DNA from: a bacterium
GTDB taxonomy: Bacteria > Armatimonadota > Chthonomonadetes > Chthonomonadales > Chthonomonadaceae
DNA length: 64,000 nucleotides
Assembly: GCA_021805395.1 (NCBI GenBank)
Contig: JAJZFJ010000244.1
Coordinates: 2,543-66,542, forward strand
Direction: 5' to 3'
Part shown: positions 17,837 through 27,783 of the stretch, piece after piece
Position numbering within the stretch: the first letter of the stretch is position 1
Layout of the letters: each line of letters begins with the position of its first letter
Notes under the pieces: generated by a model
Seen by the model: the letters and a program-made list of their open reading frames with translations, nothing else
The model's database searches: none
What the model was told of the DNA's origin: nothing
Made by a program: the position numbers and the translations under genes

Positions 17837-19366
17837 TTATACCCGGTCGAAAACTCTTTGCAATCGTAGAATTGTTGTTTCGCGCCCCAAACCCCATATT
17901 GCTTCAAAAAGACCAGGTCCAACGGTTCTGCCCGTAACTGCAACCCTGGTTGGATGGATCACCTCAGAGAACTTAAGCTCTAACTTGTCACCTATTTCGC
18001 GAATAACTTTCTCAATTCCTTCCACTTCCCAATCTTTGAGATTTGAGAGAAGGGTTATCTCTTCTAGCAGCATAGGCTTAAGATGCTCAACTTTGAACCA
18101 TTTTGCCACTGCCTTTTCTTCGTAGCCCGACGGATAGTCCAGATCCTTAAAAAAGTAGGCTGTGAGATCTGCAACCTCAGAAAGAACCTTCATACGCTCA
18201 ATTTCAAGTGGGATTACTCGCCTGGCAATCTCGAGTTCCTCAGCAGTTGGCTCGGCGGAGATTAGACCGGCTTTGATGAGATAGGGAATACACAGACCAA
18301 TAATGCGACCCTGAGGACTTTGTCTGATGTATTGACCATTGATCCATTTCAGCTTGTCATAATCGAAAATTGCTGGATGTTCAGAGATTCCCTGCAGGCT
18401 GAACCGTTCAATGATTTCTCCAATGGAGAAAAGCTCTCTGTTTTCATCGCCTGCAGACCATCCTAGAAGTACCAAAAAGTTGAATAGAGCTTCTGGAAGG
18501 TAGCCTTCCTTCACAAAATCCATAAACTGTGTTGAGCCATGCCGTTTGCTTAACTTTTTACGGTCAGCGCCAAGGATGAGCGGCGGATGAGCGAGCTTTG
18601 GTGCTTCCCAGCCGAATGCATTTATGACAGCTACAAACTTTGCCGCACTCGAGAGCCAGTCATCTCCTCTTATCACATGAGTAATCCCCATAAGGTGATC
18701 ATCCACGGCACAGGCGAGAAAGTATGTAGGAAATCCGTCTGTTTTTAAAAGTACCTGATCATCCTGAGTGCGATTATCATACACGATATCGCCTTTTACC
18801 ATATCATGCACAATCGTTTGACCTTCCAGCGGCATTGCAAGGCGCACCACATAGGGCGGCTCGTGACCAAGCTCCGCCAACCGCTGTGCATACATTCTGG
18901 ATCTGCCAGCTTCATCTCTGCAGGTGCGATCATAGCCGGTGGGCATATTCTTTGCCTGCTGATCCATGCGCATAGCCTCCAGCCGCTCACGGCTGCAGTA
19001 GCACTTGTAGGCATGACCAGACTCTATCAGCATCTCAGCATGAACCTTATAGCTCTCAAGACGCTCGCTTTGTACGTATGGACCTGCACTCCCCCCACCA
19101 ACCCACCACTCATCGGGCACGGTTCCAAGGTATCTAAGGCTCTCTTCAATCTCCCATATACCTTCAGGCAGATATCTACCAGGTGTGCGGTCGGTATCTT
19201 CCAGGCGGGCTATAAACTGGCCGCCCTCCTTGCGTGCAAGGATCCAGTTGTAGATAGCTGTACGAAGATTACCCACATGGGGCGAGCCAGTTGGGCTGGG
19301 GGCATAACGAACACGAACAGACATAGTAGAAAACTCCGAAGGGGCAGAGGAGTGCCCCTTCACCAT
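17837..19366 (-). CDS. gltX: glutamate--tRNA ligase
   Basis: 509 aa. HIGH-type motif SPTGSPHVGNLRTAIYNW and KMSKS-type KLSKRHG. An alternative start at ATG 19324 (MSVRVRYAPSPTG) is preceded by GGAG. Confidence 0.93.
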   Translation of the reverse strand: MVKGHSSAPSEFSTMSVRVRYAPSPTGSPHVGNLRTAIYNWILARKEGGQFIARLEDTDRTPGRYLPEGIWEIEESLRYLGTVPDEWWVGGGSAGPYVQSERLESYKVHAEMLIESGHAYKCYCSRERLEAMRMDQQAKNMPTGYDRTCRDEAGRSRMYAQRLAELGHEPPYVVRLAMPLEGQTIVHDMVKGDIVYDNRTQDDQVLLKTDGFPTYFLACAVDDHLMGITHVIRGDDWLSSAAKFVAVINAFGWEAPKLAHPPLILGADRKKLSKRHGSTQFMDFVKEGYLPEALFNFLVLLGWSAGDENRELFSIGEIIERFSLQGISEHPAIFDYDKLKWINGQYIRQSPQGRIIGLCIPYLIKAGLISAEPTAEELEIARRVIPLEIERMKVLSEVADLTAYFFKDLDYPSGYEEKAVAKWFKVEHLKPMLLEEITLLSNLKDWEVEGIEKVIREIGDKLELKFSEVIHPTRVAVTGRTVGPGLFEAIWGLGRETTILRLQRVFDRV

Positions 19367-19382
19367 TGCATCAGAATTGTGA

Positions 19383-21275
19383 CTACTTAAGCAGATACTT
19401 GCGCTTGCTCTTGTCGAACCCTTGGGCTACTTTTTTCGGATCGAAAACCCAGGCTCCATTTCTCTGGTAGAAGCAGTGATATGCTGACAATATGGATGCA
19501 ACTGCAAGGCGAGATGTTCTGCGCACGATGTTGACTTCCGTGTGCATCGTAACGAACTCCATACCCTTCTTGTAGTGCTCCATAATTTCACGAATAATCT
19601 CGTAAGTTGGCAGCTTTTCAAGTTCCGCGCGCTCCTGCAGTGCTAACAGATCGTTCAGTCTTGTTCTTGAGAAGAACATATTAGGCTCGGTCTCTTCGTT
19701 GTAGGTCACCACAAATCTGTCATCTTCCTTGCGCTCAAGCGTGAAGGTTGCTCCAGAGTCCACTTTAATCTGCTGGAACCAGTCTAGCAGGCCATAGAGA
19801 AGTCTTGTCTCATTGTTAACCCATACATGTGCAACCTGATTTCCTGGAAGTTCAAAATCTACCACGAGTATTTTGGGTTCCCTTGGGAAGAAGCTGTTAG
19901 GGAAATGTGCCAGCGGCATGGTACCAATCTGTTTGTGATGGTACTTAATTACCAGTCTCGCAGAGGATGGGGGAGAGGTATCCTCTGATAGAGTAGGCTC
20001 CTCGTCCATAACGTCCTGCACAACTGGCAGAAGGATATCTCTATCCAGTCCGCCTTCCAGTCCCTCAATTTCTAGTAAGACATCGATCTCTTCACCATCG
20101 GCATCCAGATACCGCTCGTCTTCGAATAACAGAAGTGCAGGTACAGTATTGACATAGGGTGGAACGTTATCGATATTTGTGAATCTGTCTGACCCTACCC
20201 AGAGGATGCTGTCTTCTGCTTTGAGTGAATCGATGACTGAATTTAGATCCTGCTCAAAAGTTGTCATCGATGGAGTGATCTCAAGGATCGATGCAAGAAG
20301 TTCGGTAGCTGTGGTAAATCCATCATTCTCCTGTATGGCATCAACAAATTCCCCAAGCAGATCTCCGGTTATCTCCAGCGGTTCAGCAACAACCTCAACC
20401 TCTACTTCGGCATTGTCGCTCACATCCATTTTAGCTATGGCAGGCAGATACTGTGAAAGGGTAGCAGCATATTTCCTGCTAATCCATGTGCCGTTTGTGA
20501 GATAGATGGCGTCACTTTCAAGTGCCAGTGCAGCGTAAAATTTTGCTGCATCAAAACCATCTCTATCTCTCTGATATGCCAAAAACTGAATGGCTTTGGA
20601 TCGAATTGGCATATTCAGTTTTTCCAGAAAGTCAGTAATGGTTGCAGGATCGGTTGAAAGACCACAGCTCTCTGCGAGAGCTGAATGATGCAATGTTTCT
20701 TCATCTGAAAGGAAGTTGTAGAACAGGATATCGGCATCCTGATCCTCCACCACCTGATATGGCTGATGGATGTAGGTAAGGTCTGTGCTCAGCAGCCATT
20801 CGGCTGGTGCAATAAGCTCGTTATTAACGTAAAACATTCTTGAACCCTGTTTTACGAGACGGCTTACTGTCTCTTCATATACTTCCAGTGGTCTGCCATA
20901 CATATATTGGAGTTCAGTAGCCAGGCTTTTAATCGTCAGTGGAGTTCCTACTGAATTGAATATGACATGCAGATTGTGATCCACTGTGCGCTGAGAATCG
21001 AGGAATCTGCTCCACACTGTCCATCGTCGGTCACGTGCTGGTGCTCGGGAAAAGGCAGGGCTGTTATCAACGGTAAATCTTTTACGATCATGGAGCATTG
21101 TAACTCTGATTACTTGCAGGTCTACTCCTTGGAGATACACATTCTGAACGAGATCGGATGCCTTTACACTTTCACCAGATTTGATAATGGCACGATGTAA
21201 GAGATCACCAATGTAGAGCAGTGTCAACTGTTCAGGTGTCATGGTTCGAGTTTCAGGGTTTGCAGCAATGGCCAA
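19383..21275 (-). CDS. 630-aa hypothetical protein with several winged-helix/HARE-HTH-like modules (speculative)
   Basis: Long clean ORF between rimO (28-nt gap) and gltX (16-nt gap). An acidic central region separates repeated segments that end in a conserved aromatic (e.g. ...LVKQGSRMFYVNNELIAPAEW, ...LKAEDSILWVGSDRF, ...YQRNGAWVFDP). No family recognised. Confidence 0.6.
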   Translation of the reverse strand: MAIAANPETRTMTPEQLTLLYIGDLLHRAIIKSGESVKASDLVQNVYLQGVDLQVIRVTMLHDRKRFTVDNSPAFSRAPARDRRWTVWSRFLDSQRTVDHNLHVIFNSVGTPLTIKSLATELQYMYGRPLEVYEETVSRLVKQGSRMFYVNNELIAPAEWLLSTDLTYIHQPYQVVEDQDADILFYNFLSDEETLHHSALAESCGLSTDPATITDFLEKLNMPIRSKAIQFLAYQRDRDGFDAAKFYAALALESDAIYLTNGTWISRKYAATLSQYLPAIAKMDVSDNAEVEVEVVAEPLEITGDLLGEFVDAIQENDGFTTATELLASILEITPSMTTFEQDLNSVIDSLKAEDSILWVGSDRFTNIDNVPPYVNTVPALLLFEDERYLDADGEEIDVLLEIEGLEGGLDRDILLPVVQDVMDEEPTLSEDTSPPSSARLVIKYHHKQIGTMPLAHFPNSFFPREPKILVVDFELPGNQVAHVWVNNETRLLYGLLDWFQQIKVDSGATFTLERKEDDRFVVTYNEETEPNMFFSRTRLNDLLALQERAELEKLPTYEIIREIMEHYKKGMEFVTMHTEVNIVRRTSRLAVASILSAYHCFYQRNGAWVFDPKKVAQGFDKSKRKYLLK

Positions 21276-21303
21276 GGGAATATTTCTCCTTCAGATACTT
21301 CTG

Positions 21304-22728
21304 TTAGAACGTTTTAAAGATTGAATGATTGGTTTGTGGAAGTCTGTCAGCATCAAGCGATACAGCAACAAGGTCATAGGATGAAGCATCGATGATAAGA
21401 GCATTGACGAATGTACCAGGAAGTGCCATGCAGTCCTGAATATATACCTGTCCATCGACTTCTGGACCGTCTCTGAACGAACGACCTACGGCAGTGGTGG
21501 GACTGTTTGGATGACGGCTTTCGATGAGCACCTCCATCTCCCTGCCAATCCACATTTGGTTTCGGGCTTTTGATATCGCCTGCTGTCGTTCTAGAAGTGA
21601 ATCTCTTCTGGCGTTTTTGACTCGACTAGTGATCCTTGGTTTCATTTCTGCAGAAGGTGTGCCCTCTTCCACAGAGTAGGTAAACACTCCTAGTCTGTCG
21701 AACTGTGCTTCATCCACGAAACTTTCCAGATTAGCGAACTCCTCTTTCGTTTCACCCGGGAAGCCCACAATGAATGTGGTACGAATGGCTACATCTGGGA
21801 CAATCTCACGAAATTTGTGTATCAGATCCAGATATGCTTTCCCTGTCATTGGTCTTCGCATACGTCTCAGCATCGCATCATCCGCATGCTGTAGGGGCAT
21901 ATCTATGTAGTGGCATACTTTGGGGGTGTCTGCAATTGCTTCGATGATTCCCCTGTCAACTCTTGATGGATAGCAGTAGAACAGGCGGATCCAGTGCAGT
22001 TTATCCACTTTGGACAGAGCTTGCAGCAGTTCAGGTAGACGCATTTTACCATACAGATCGTACCCATATTGAGTAGAATCCTGTGCTATCAGATTGATCT
22101 CTTTCACCCCTTGGGATGCCAGGAGTTCAGCCTCTTCAACGATGGTCTCGATGGGTTTACTGATATGCTTTCCACGAAAAGATGGTATGGAGCAGAATGT
22201 GCACGCATGGTCGCAGCCTTCCGAAATTTTAAGGTAGGCAGACCATGGGTAACCAAGTCGAACCCTGTTCGGGTTAGTGACCCATTGATGATGAGGTTTG
22301 ACATTGATTTCCTGGATTTGTGAGGTTCTGATTATGCTTCGATCAACAACATCCCCAATGGATCCAATTTGGCCCGTACCTAAAAAAGCATCCACTTCAG
22401 GAAGTTCATTTGCAAGCTCATCTGGGTAGCGCTGAGCCAGACATCCAGTAACAATCACTCGGCCGATCTCGCCTCGCTTTTTTCTTTCGACGGCTTCAAT
22501 GATTGTGTTCACAGACTCTTCACGAGCAGATTCAATGAATGCACAGGTATTAATTACAACTACATCCGTGCTACGTGCTACATCACTGGGAGAGTGCACT
22601 GAATTCACGGTAAAACCTTTTGCCTGGAGAATGCCAAGCATCTCTTCGCTGTCGACCTCATTTTTGGCACACCCGAGACTGATCATACTGAGTTTGCCAG
22701 TTTGGGTAGGTGAAATTTGGTCTAACAT
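21304..22728 (-). CDS. rimO: ribosomal protein S12 methylthiotransferase (MiaB/RimO family radical SAM, with TRAM domain)
   Basis: 474 aa. ISLGCAKNEVDSEEMLG (MTTase N-domain), radical SAM cluster CDHACTFCSIP, and a C-terminal TRAM-like segment. Confidence 0.88.
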   Translation of the reverse strand: MLDQISPTQTGKLSMISLGCAKNEVDSEEMLGILQAKGFTVNSVHSPSDVARSTDVVVINTCAFIESAREESVNTIIEAVERKKRGEIGRVIVTGCLAQRYPDELANELPEVDAFLGTGQIGSIGDVVDRSIIRTSQIQEINVKPHHQWVTNPNRVRLGYPWSAYLKISEGCDHACTFCSIPSFRGKHISKPIETIVEEAELLASQGVKEINLIAQDSTQYGYDLYGKMRLPELLQALSKVDKLHWIRLFYCYPSRVDRGIIEAIADTPKVCHYIDMPLQHADDAMLRRMRRPMTGKAYLDLIHKFREIVPDVAIRTTFIVGFPGETKEEFANLESFVDEAQFDRLGVFTYSVEEGTPSAEMKPRITSRVKNARRDSLLERQQAISKARNQMWIGREMEVLIESRHPNSPTTAVGRSFRDGPEVDGQVYIQDCMALPGTFVNALIIDASSYDLVAVSLDADRLPQTNHSIFKTF

Positions 22729-23149
22729 CCTCGCCTCTTTAATAATTTAAGAACTCATTATACCATATTGAGACCTACCGGTTGGAGGTGACCTATAAAG
22801 TACGCGATTAAGGAAGTACAGGTGAATATTTCGGAAATCGTAATTTGATGATGAACTTCTCAAAAGCCTGCTGCTCAATTTCGAAAACGATTCAACTGAT
22901 CTTCCACCGAGCTAAATAAAATATTATAAGCAATATATTGCCATGCGATATTGTGTGACATCATTAGTTTGAACAGGATTATTATCATGATATGGTAAAC
23001 ACATATTAATTCACAATTTCATGATCACAAATCTCAACGTAAACGGCATGACTTGAGATATACTTTTGAATCATTGCTAAATACTCATCTCTCTGCCAAT
23101 TTGTTATTTCTGACTGCATGAACTATGCGATAATTTATCAATTTTTAAA

Positions 23150-24400
23150 TTAATGCAGAATGGATGTATCTATTCCCAATTTTTGAAGTGCGCTGTAGTA
23201 TGCTTTTGGTTTCTTGCGTCCATAGAAATAGTTGGTAACCAATCCTGAGGGGCTGATTATAAGAGTGGTAGGAATGGCATGCACATCATATAATCGGGTG
23301 GCGATAGAATTTCGTTCATCAGTATGAGCTGGGTCAAACACGATATCTGACTTGTCCTCTGGATGCGATTTTAAGAATGCTTGACACCATGACTGCTTCT
23401 CCCAGCTGGCAACTGCTAAAACCACGACGCCCTGTGAAGCTAGCTTGCGGTTTATGTTTTCAATGGTTGGCATTAGATCCATGCATGGACCACACCAGGT
23501 AGCCCAAAAATCTACTACGACGACATGACCAAGATATTGTGATAACTTGACTTTCTTCCCACCGGGTGATAATACTGTGAAGTTAACTTCTGGCTGTCCC
23601 ACATATTTTGTGATCATCTGCTTTGCAAAATTATTATCTGACTCAATTGCTTCTTCTCGCTTGAGATTTTCCTGCTTTTGCCATGCTTTCCATTTTTTCT
23701 TTACAGCTTCTGGATAGTGAAAGTAGGTGGCATACTTAGAATAGTTAGGAGGAATAAAATTGAATGCTGCTGCGGGAATGATAGGATTTACCTTCTGTGC
23801 GACTACTCTATCTGTATTCCAACCAATGGTAATACTTGTAATCAGGTGATCTAATGGATTAATAGCAAGTTGAAATTTAACAGGGGAGTTGGTTCCTTCA
23901 ATACCACTGAGCGTTTCTATAGGATGATGTGCATCACCTCCGGATTCCGCTGTCCAGTGGAATTGTGAATTGTCCGGAAATGTATTGCGGTTATGAGTTA
24001 ATATCCCTGCTATAAAGTATGTAATTGGATCAAGGTTAAAGGCACTATTGATACGAAGACTGCTGATATTGGATGGTTCTTTTTGAATGACATACTGGTT
24101 GTAGGACACTAGAAAAGTTTTCTCAAAAGATCCATTGCATGCGTAAATTCCCTTGCCATTCCTTATCATTAGCTTGTCAGGAGCTTGATAAGCCAAGCTG
24201 GTAGTTTCTTTGCTCAGTATCTTACCAGAACCTGGAACCTGATCCTTAAACACTACTACCATTTTGTAGCTGTGCAGTGAGTGGCACGCAGCTATTACCT
24301 GATTGATTAAGCTGTTTGCATCAATTGAATCACTCTTGCCTTGCAGACTGGCTGAGATAAGGATTAGCAGAAGTCCACACTGCTTTATGCTCTTGTTCAT
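23150..24400 (-). CDS. secreted TlpA/ResA-family thiol-disulfide oxidoreductase with an N-terminal LolA-like extension
   Basis: 416 aa with a signal peptide. C-terminal thioredoxin fold with VVDFWATWCGPC. The N-terminal roughly 230 aa are of unknown, beta-rich character. Confidence 0.8.
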   Translation of the reverse strand: MNKSIKQCGLLLILISASLQGKSDSIDANSLINQVIAACHSLHSYKMVVVFKDQVPGSGKILSKETTSLAYQAPDKLMIRNGKGIYACNGSFEKTFLVSYNQYVIQKEPSNISSLRINSAFNLDPITYFIAGILTHNRNTFPDNSQFHWTAESGGDAHHPIETLSGIEGTNSPVKFQLAINPLDHLITSITIGWNTDRVVAQKVNPIIPAAAFNFIPPNYSKYATYFHYPEAVKKKWKAWQKQENLKREEAIESDNNFAKQMITKYVGQPEVNFTVLSPGGKKVKLSQYLGHVVVVDFWATWCGPCMDLMPTIENINRKLASQGVVVLAVASWEKQSWCQAFLKSHPEDKSDIVFDPAHTDERNSIATRLYDVHAIPTTLIISPSGLVTNYFYGRKKPKAYYSALQKLGIDTSILH

Positions 24401-24564
24401 GCTGTTAATTGCCTATTAGTGTATCCGTATGTTGGTTGCGAACAAAAGATTATAGCTGATAACTGCCGCGGAAATAGTGGTTTCTAACTTTTTAGAAAAA
24501 AGTTACCAGTATTAGACTACAATCCGCAGCAATTGCATGGATGTTATCGTTACTGGAGCTAGAG

Positions 24565-24611
24565 CGAAATAAACAATAGTGGGGTCCCATCTCTTCCGAT
24601 GGTGACCCCAC
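24565..24611 (-). terminator. rho-independent terminator downstream of hsp20
   Basis: Minus strand: GTGGGGTCACCATC-ggaaga-GATGGGACCCCAC, a 13-bp stem with one bulge (24579-24611), followed by TATTGTTTATTT. Confidence 0.75.
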
Positions 24612-24652
24612 TTTACCTAATCTAACCGGAAATAGCAACCGATTGACAAAAA

Positions 24653-25159
24653 CTAGCTGCCAACATTTACCTGTACTGTTCGTGGGCGTACTGTTTCTGC
24701 TTTTGGTAGATGAAGCTCGAGAACGCCATGTCGATAGTGAGCCTCAACTTTATCTGGATTTATCTCGATTGGGAGATTGTAGTTAACATGGAATGTACCC
24801 TGTTTTGTGCTCCACCAGCTAACTCTATGCTGAACAGCACCTTCCTTCTGGTAAACAGGTTTTCTCTCTCCTTTAATCGTCAAGGTGTCTGCGGTAGCTT
24901 CCACACTGACATCTTCAGGCAATACACCAGGAATAGGCAGTACAAACACCAGCTCTGCATCGGTCTCAAAAAGATCAGGGCTGATATCCAGCTCGTTTTC
25001 GCCGGAGATAATTCGTGAGATCGGAGTGTAGCCCATAAAGCCTGTCAACAGATCGTCCATTTGTCTTCGTATTGAGTTGATATCGTTCCAGGATGAAACA
25101 CGATGCATAGGTTCGGTAGCACGCACTGCGATGTTCGCACTGTTATTTTGTCTGGACAT
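24653..25159 (-). CDS. Hsp20/alpha-crystallin family small heat-shock protein
   Basis: 168 aa. Alpha-crystallin domain pattern (PDLFETDAELVFVLPIPGV.PEDVSVEATADTLTIKGERK...F.V.Y.LP..I..DKVEAHYRHGVLELHLPK). SD GGAAGGAG. Confidence 0.9.
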   Translation of the reverse strand: MSRQNNSANIAVRATEPMHRVSSWNDINSIRRQMDDLLTGFMGYTPISRIISGENELDISPDLFETDAELVFVLPIPGVLPEDVSVEATADTLTIKGERKPVYQKEGAVQHRVSWWSTKQGTFHVNYNLPIEINPDKVEAHYRHGVLELHLPKAETVRPRTVQVNVGS

Positions 25160-25231
25160 TGTCTAAATCTCCTTCCCCTGTGGGTTAGTTTTGATGAAGT
25201 CAATATACGACTCAAAATTTATATCGGTTGT

Positions 25232-25272
25232 ATACACTAAATTCTGAACACCATAAGGTCAATTTAGTGTAT
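25232..25272. promoter_or_regulatory. perfect 12-bp inverted repeat (candidate operator) upstream of hsp20
   Basis: ATACACTAAATT (25232-43) - N17 - AATTTAGTGTAT (25261-72), plus a third TACACT half-site at 25273-78. It is centred about 93 nt upstream of the hsp20 ATG. The spacer contains TTGACC on the minus strand. Confidence 0.45.
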
Positions 25273-25514
25273 TACACTCACTAATACGGAGTAAAAAATG
25301 AGAATGTTCCCAAAGACTAGCAATTTTATAGGAAAGTGCTGATTTTTTTGTTATCTTAGGATATCGAGGAAGAGGGCTATCTGCTGACATAAGGCATGGA
25401 GAGATATTGCAGGCAATGAGTTCAGGTAAAAGGGTGGTATGGCACTCCATTGCAGGAATGCCATGCCAGTAACAGAAGAGTGAAGTAAAAGAAGGTATGT
25501 GATTCTTTTGTTGG

Positions 25515-27509
25515 CTATTTTGCTGAGAGAGGTATCAATGCAGTGGCGTTAGGGACAAATGCTAGTGCACTGCGTGATGCTTTTCCACTTTCAGTATAAG
25601 ATCTATCACATGCTGAACAGAATGTGCATGGATCAGTATGGCAATCTGCTGTGAACTGTGCCTTGCGGGATTTCCTGTCCTCAGCGCGGAGGTAGCTTTT
25701 TGTAACACCACAGTCGATATGGTCCCACGGCAAAGGTTCGCTGTATTCTTTATACCTGTTAGCAAAAAAGCTTCCATCTATCTGGCAGTCCGCAAGAGCC
25801 TGCATCCACTTGTTGAAATCGAGGTACTCATCCCAGGCATCAAATACCTGGCCACGTCTCCATACAAGTTCAATAGCACTGGACAGTCGTCTGTCACCAA
25901 GAGACAGAATTGCCTCCAGATGCGTTGAGTTAGCTTCGTTTGGTCTGTAGTAAACAGCTCTGTCTTTAATAGTTTTTTTCAGGAGCTGCTGTTTACTGTT
26001 AATCAGGTCAATACTGTCCTGGCCGTGCCATTGAAATGGGGTAAATGGCTTTGGAACAAAAGCGGAGACACCAATTGTAATTTTAGGCGTTTTTACACCG
26101 CACCTGCGAGCAATACCCGCACACTTTTGTGCCAGTTCACCAATCGCAATCACATCGGATTCCTCTTCAGTAGGAAGGGATATCATGAAATAGAGTTTTA
26201 TCCGTTGCCAGCCGTTCTGGAATGCAGTGTTGCATGCTTTAAACAGATTTTCTTCAGTTACTCCTTTGTTCGTAACATCTCTCATTCTTTGTGAGCCGGC
26301 TTCAGGGGCAAATGTAAGTCCTGTTTTTCTAACCTTGTTTATCTCTTGCACCAACTCCACACAGTCCTGGTCAGCACGCAGCGATGGCAGTGATACTCCC
26401 ACTCGGCTGTCTGCATATTTGTCTATAAGTTGATGAACAACATCACCTACCCGGGAATAATCTGCAGTAGAGAGTGATACAAGGGAGATGTCTTCATGCC
26501 CGGTGTTCTTAACCAGTTCTGCGGCAAGGATGGACAGCTTTTCAGGTGATTTCTCACGAACAGGTCGTGTTATCATACCAGCCTGGCAAAATCTGCAGCC
26601 TCTCGTGCAGCCTCTCATTACTTCAAGGGATATCCTGTCATGCACCACTTCAATGAAGGGTATGATAGGTTTGGTTGGGTAATCAAGAGCTTCCACGTCC
26701 TTCACCCACTGCCTCACAATAACAGGCGGGACATCTGGATGGTTTGGCTTAACAGCAACGAAACGTGGCATCGTATCGAATGCAGCTTCAGCCATCTCAG
26801 ACGAGATACCATTTACTGCTAAACGGCACGAACGCTCTTCAGAAGTTTCGTAGACAGCGTCATAGAACCTTGGCACATAACAGCCAGGAATCTGGGCGAA
26901 CTGCAACAGCATCTCTTCTCGATCAAGGTGTCGGTATTTCTGGTATGTGGATGTGATATTATCCATGACAGCTTCCGATTCGCCAATCACAAACACATCT
27001 ATAAAAGGTGCCATTGGCTCAGGATTAAACGTGGCATGACCACCTGCAAACACAATAGGCCAGTGCGAGCCATTTTGCTGTCTTGAATCCCTGTCTAACG
27101 AATGAATCGGTATTCCACCGAGATCCAGCACATTCAGCACATTCGTATATGACAGTTCAAAGGAAAGTGAGAAGCCTATAAGATCAAACTCGTTTATAGG
27201 CGTCTTGGTTTCCAGGCTGAAGAGAGGGCAGCTGGCTGCACGCATTGCTGCCTCCATGTCTGGCCATGGGGCATACACCCGTTCTGCCAGGCATTGTTCA
27301 CTGCTGTTTAGTGTGTGGTATAGAATACTGAGCGCGAGATTTGACATGCCAATTTCATAGGCATCTGGAAAGCATAGTAGGTAGCGGACATCAACCGAAT
27401 TGTGATCTTTGACAATTGTATTAAGTTCGCCGCCAGTATAACGTGCCGGTTTTGCTACTGTGGGGAGTATCTCCTCAAGTAAATCGATAATGCGTTCTGA
27501 ACTGTTCAC
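25515..27509 (-). CDS. B12-binding-domain radical SAM protein (TIGR03960-like)
   Basis: 664 aa with a GTG start and SD AGGAG. N-terminal KPARYTGGELN, radical SAM cluster CTRGCRFCQAG, and a large C-terminal extension typical of this subfamily. Confidence 0.8.
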   Translation of the reverse strand: MNSSERIIDLLEEILPTVAKPARYTGGELNTIVKDHNSVDVRYLLCFPDAYEIGMSNLALSILYHTLNSSEQCLAERVYAPWPDMEAAMRAASCPLFSLETKTPINEFDLIGFSLSFELSYTNVLNVLDLGGIPIHSLDRDSRQQNGSHWPIVFAGGHATFNPEPMAPFIDVFVIGESEAVMDNITSTYQKYRHLDREEMLLQFAQIPGCYVPRFYDAVYETSEERSCRLAVNGISSEMAEAAFDTMPRFVAVKPNHPDVPPVIVRQWVKDVEALDYPTKPIIPFIEVVHDRISLEVMRGCTRGCRFCQAGMITRPVREKSPEKLSILAAELVKNTGHEDISLVSLSTADYSRVGDVVHQLIDKYADSRVGVSLPSLRADQDCVELVQEINKVRKTGLTFAPEAGSQRMRDVTNKGVTEENLFKACNTAFQNGWQRIKLYFMISLPTEEESDVIAIGELAQKCAGIARRCGVKTPKITIGVSAFVPKPFTPFQWHGQDSIDLINSKQQLLKKTIKDRAVYYRPNEANSTHLEAILSLGDRRLSSAIELVWRRGQVFDAWDEYLDFNKWMQALADCQIDGSFFANRYKEYSEPLPWDHIDCGVTKSYLRAEDRKSRKAQFTADCHTDPCTFCSACDRSYTESGKASRSALAFVPNATALIPLSAK

Positions 27510-27783
27510 GGTGCTCTCCTGATTGTCTAAAATGGAAACACTGGCATACCAGATGATCCGGATCTTACAGTTCTTAGTGTACCACTCCTCGGGGAAGAAA
27601 GGCGATAGGGCATGTTTGCGAGTGTTATCCCTTAGTCAGGATGCAATCATTTCAAGCCTGATATTCTGCAGATTTCCCCATCAGATCTTGTATATGACAG
27701 ACTTTAATATCTAATACTTGAGTACGGTTTCCAAACCTGTAATACGTCCAATCATCAATTATTCAGATAATGTGTGAATTTGG

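Noticed and set aside
18806-19390. 194-aa ORF antisense to gltX, and similarly a 183-aa ORF at 59112..59663 antisense to glcD
   Set aside because: Each lies entirely inside a strongly supported conserved gene on the other strand, and neither has independent signals.
25259-25450. 63-aa minus-strand ORF in the hsp20 / radical SAM intergenic region
   Set aside because: No SD and Cys/Leu-rich composition. It overlaps the inverted-repeat operator candidate, so the region is more likely regulatory DNA.
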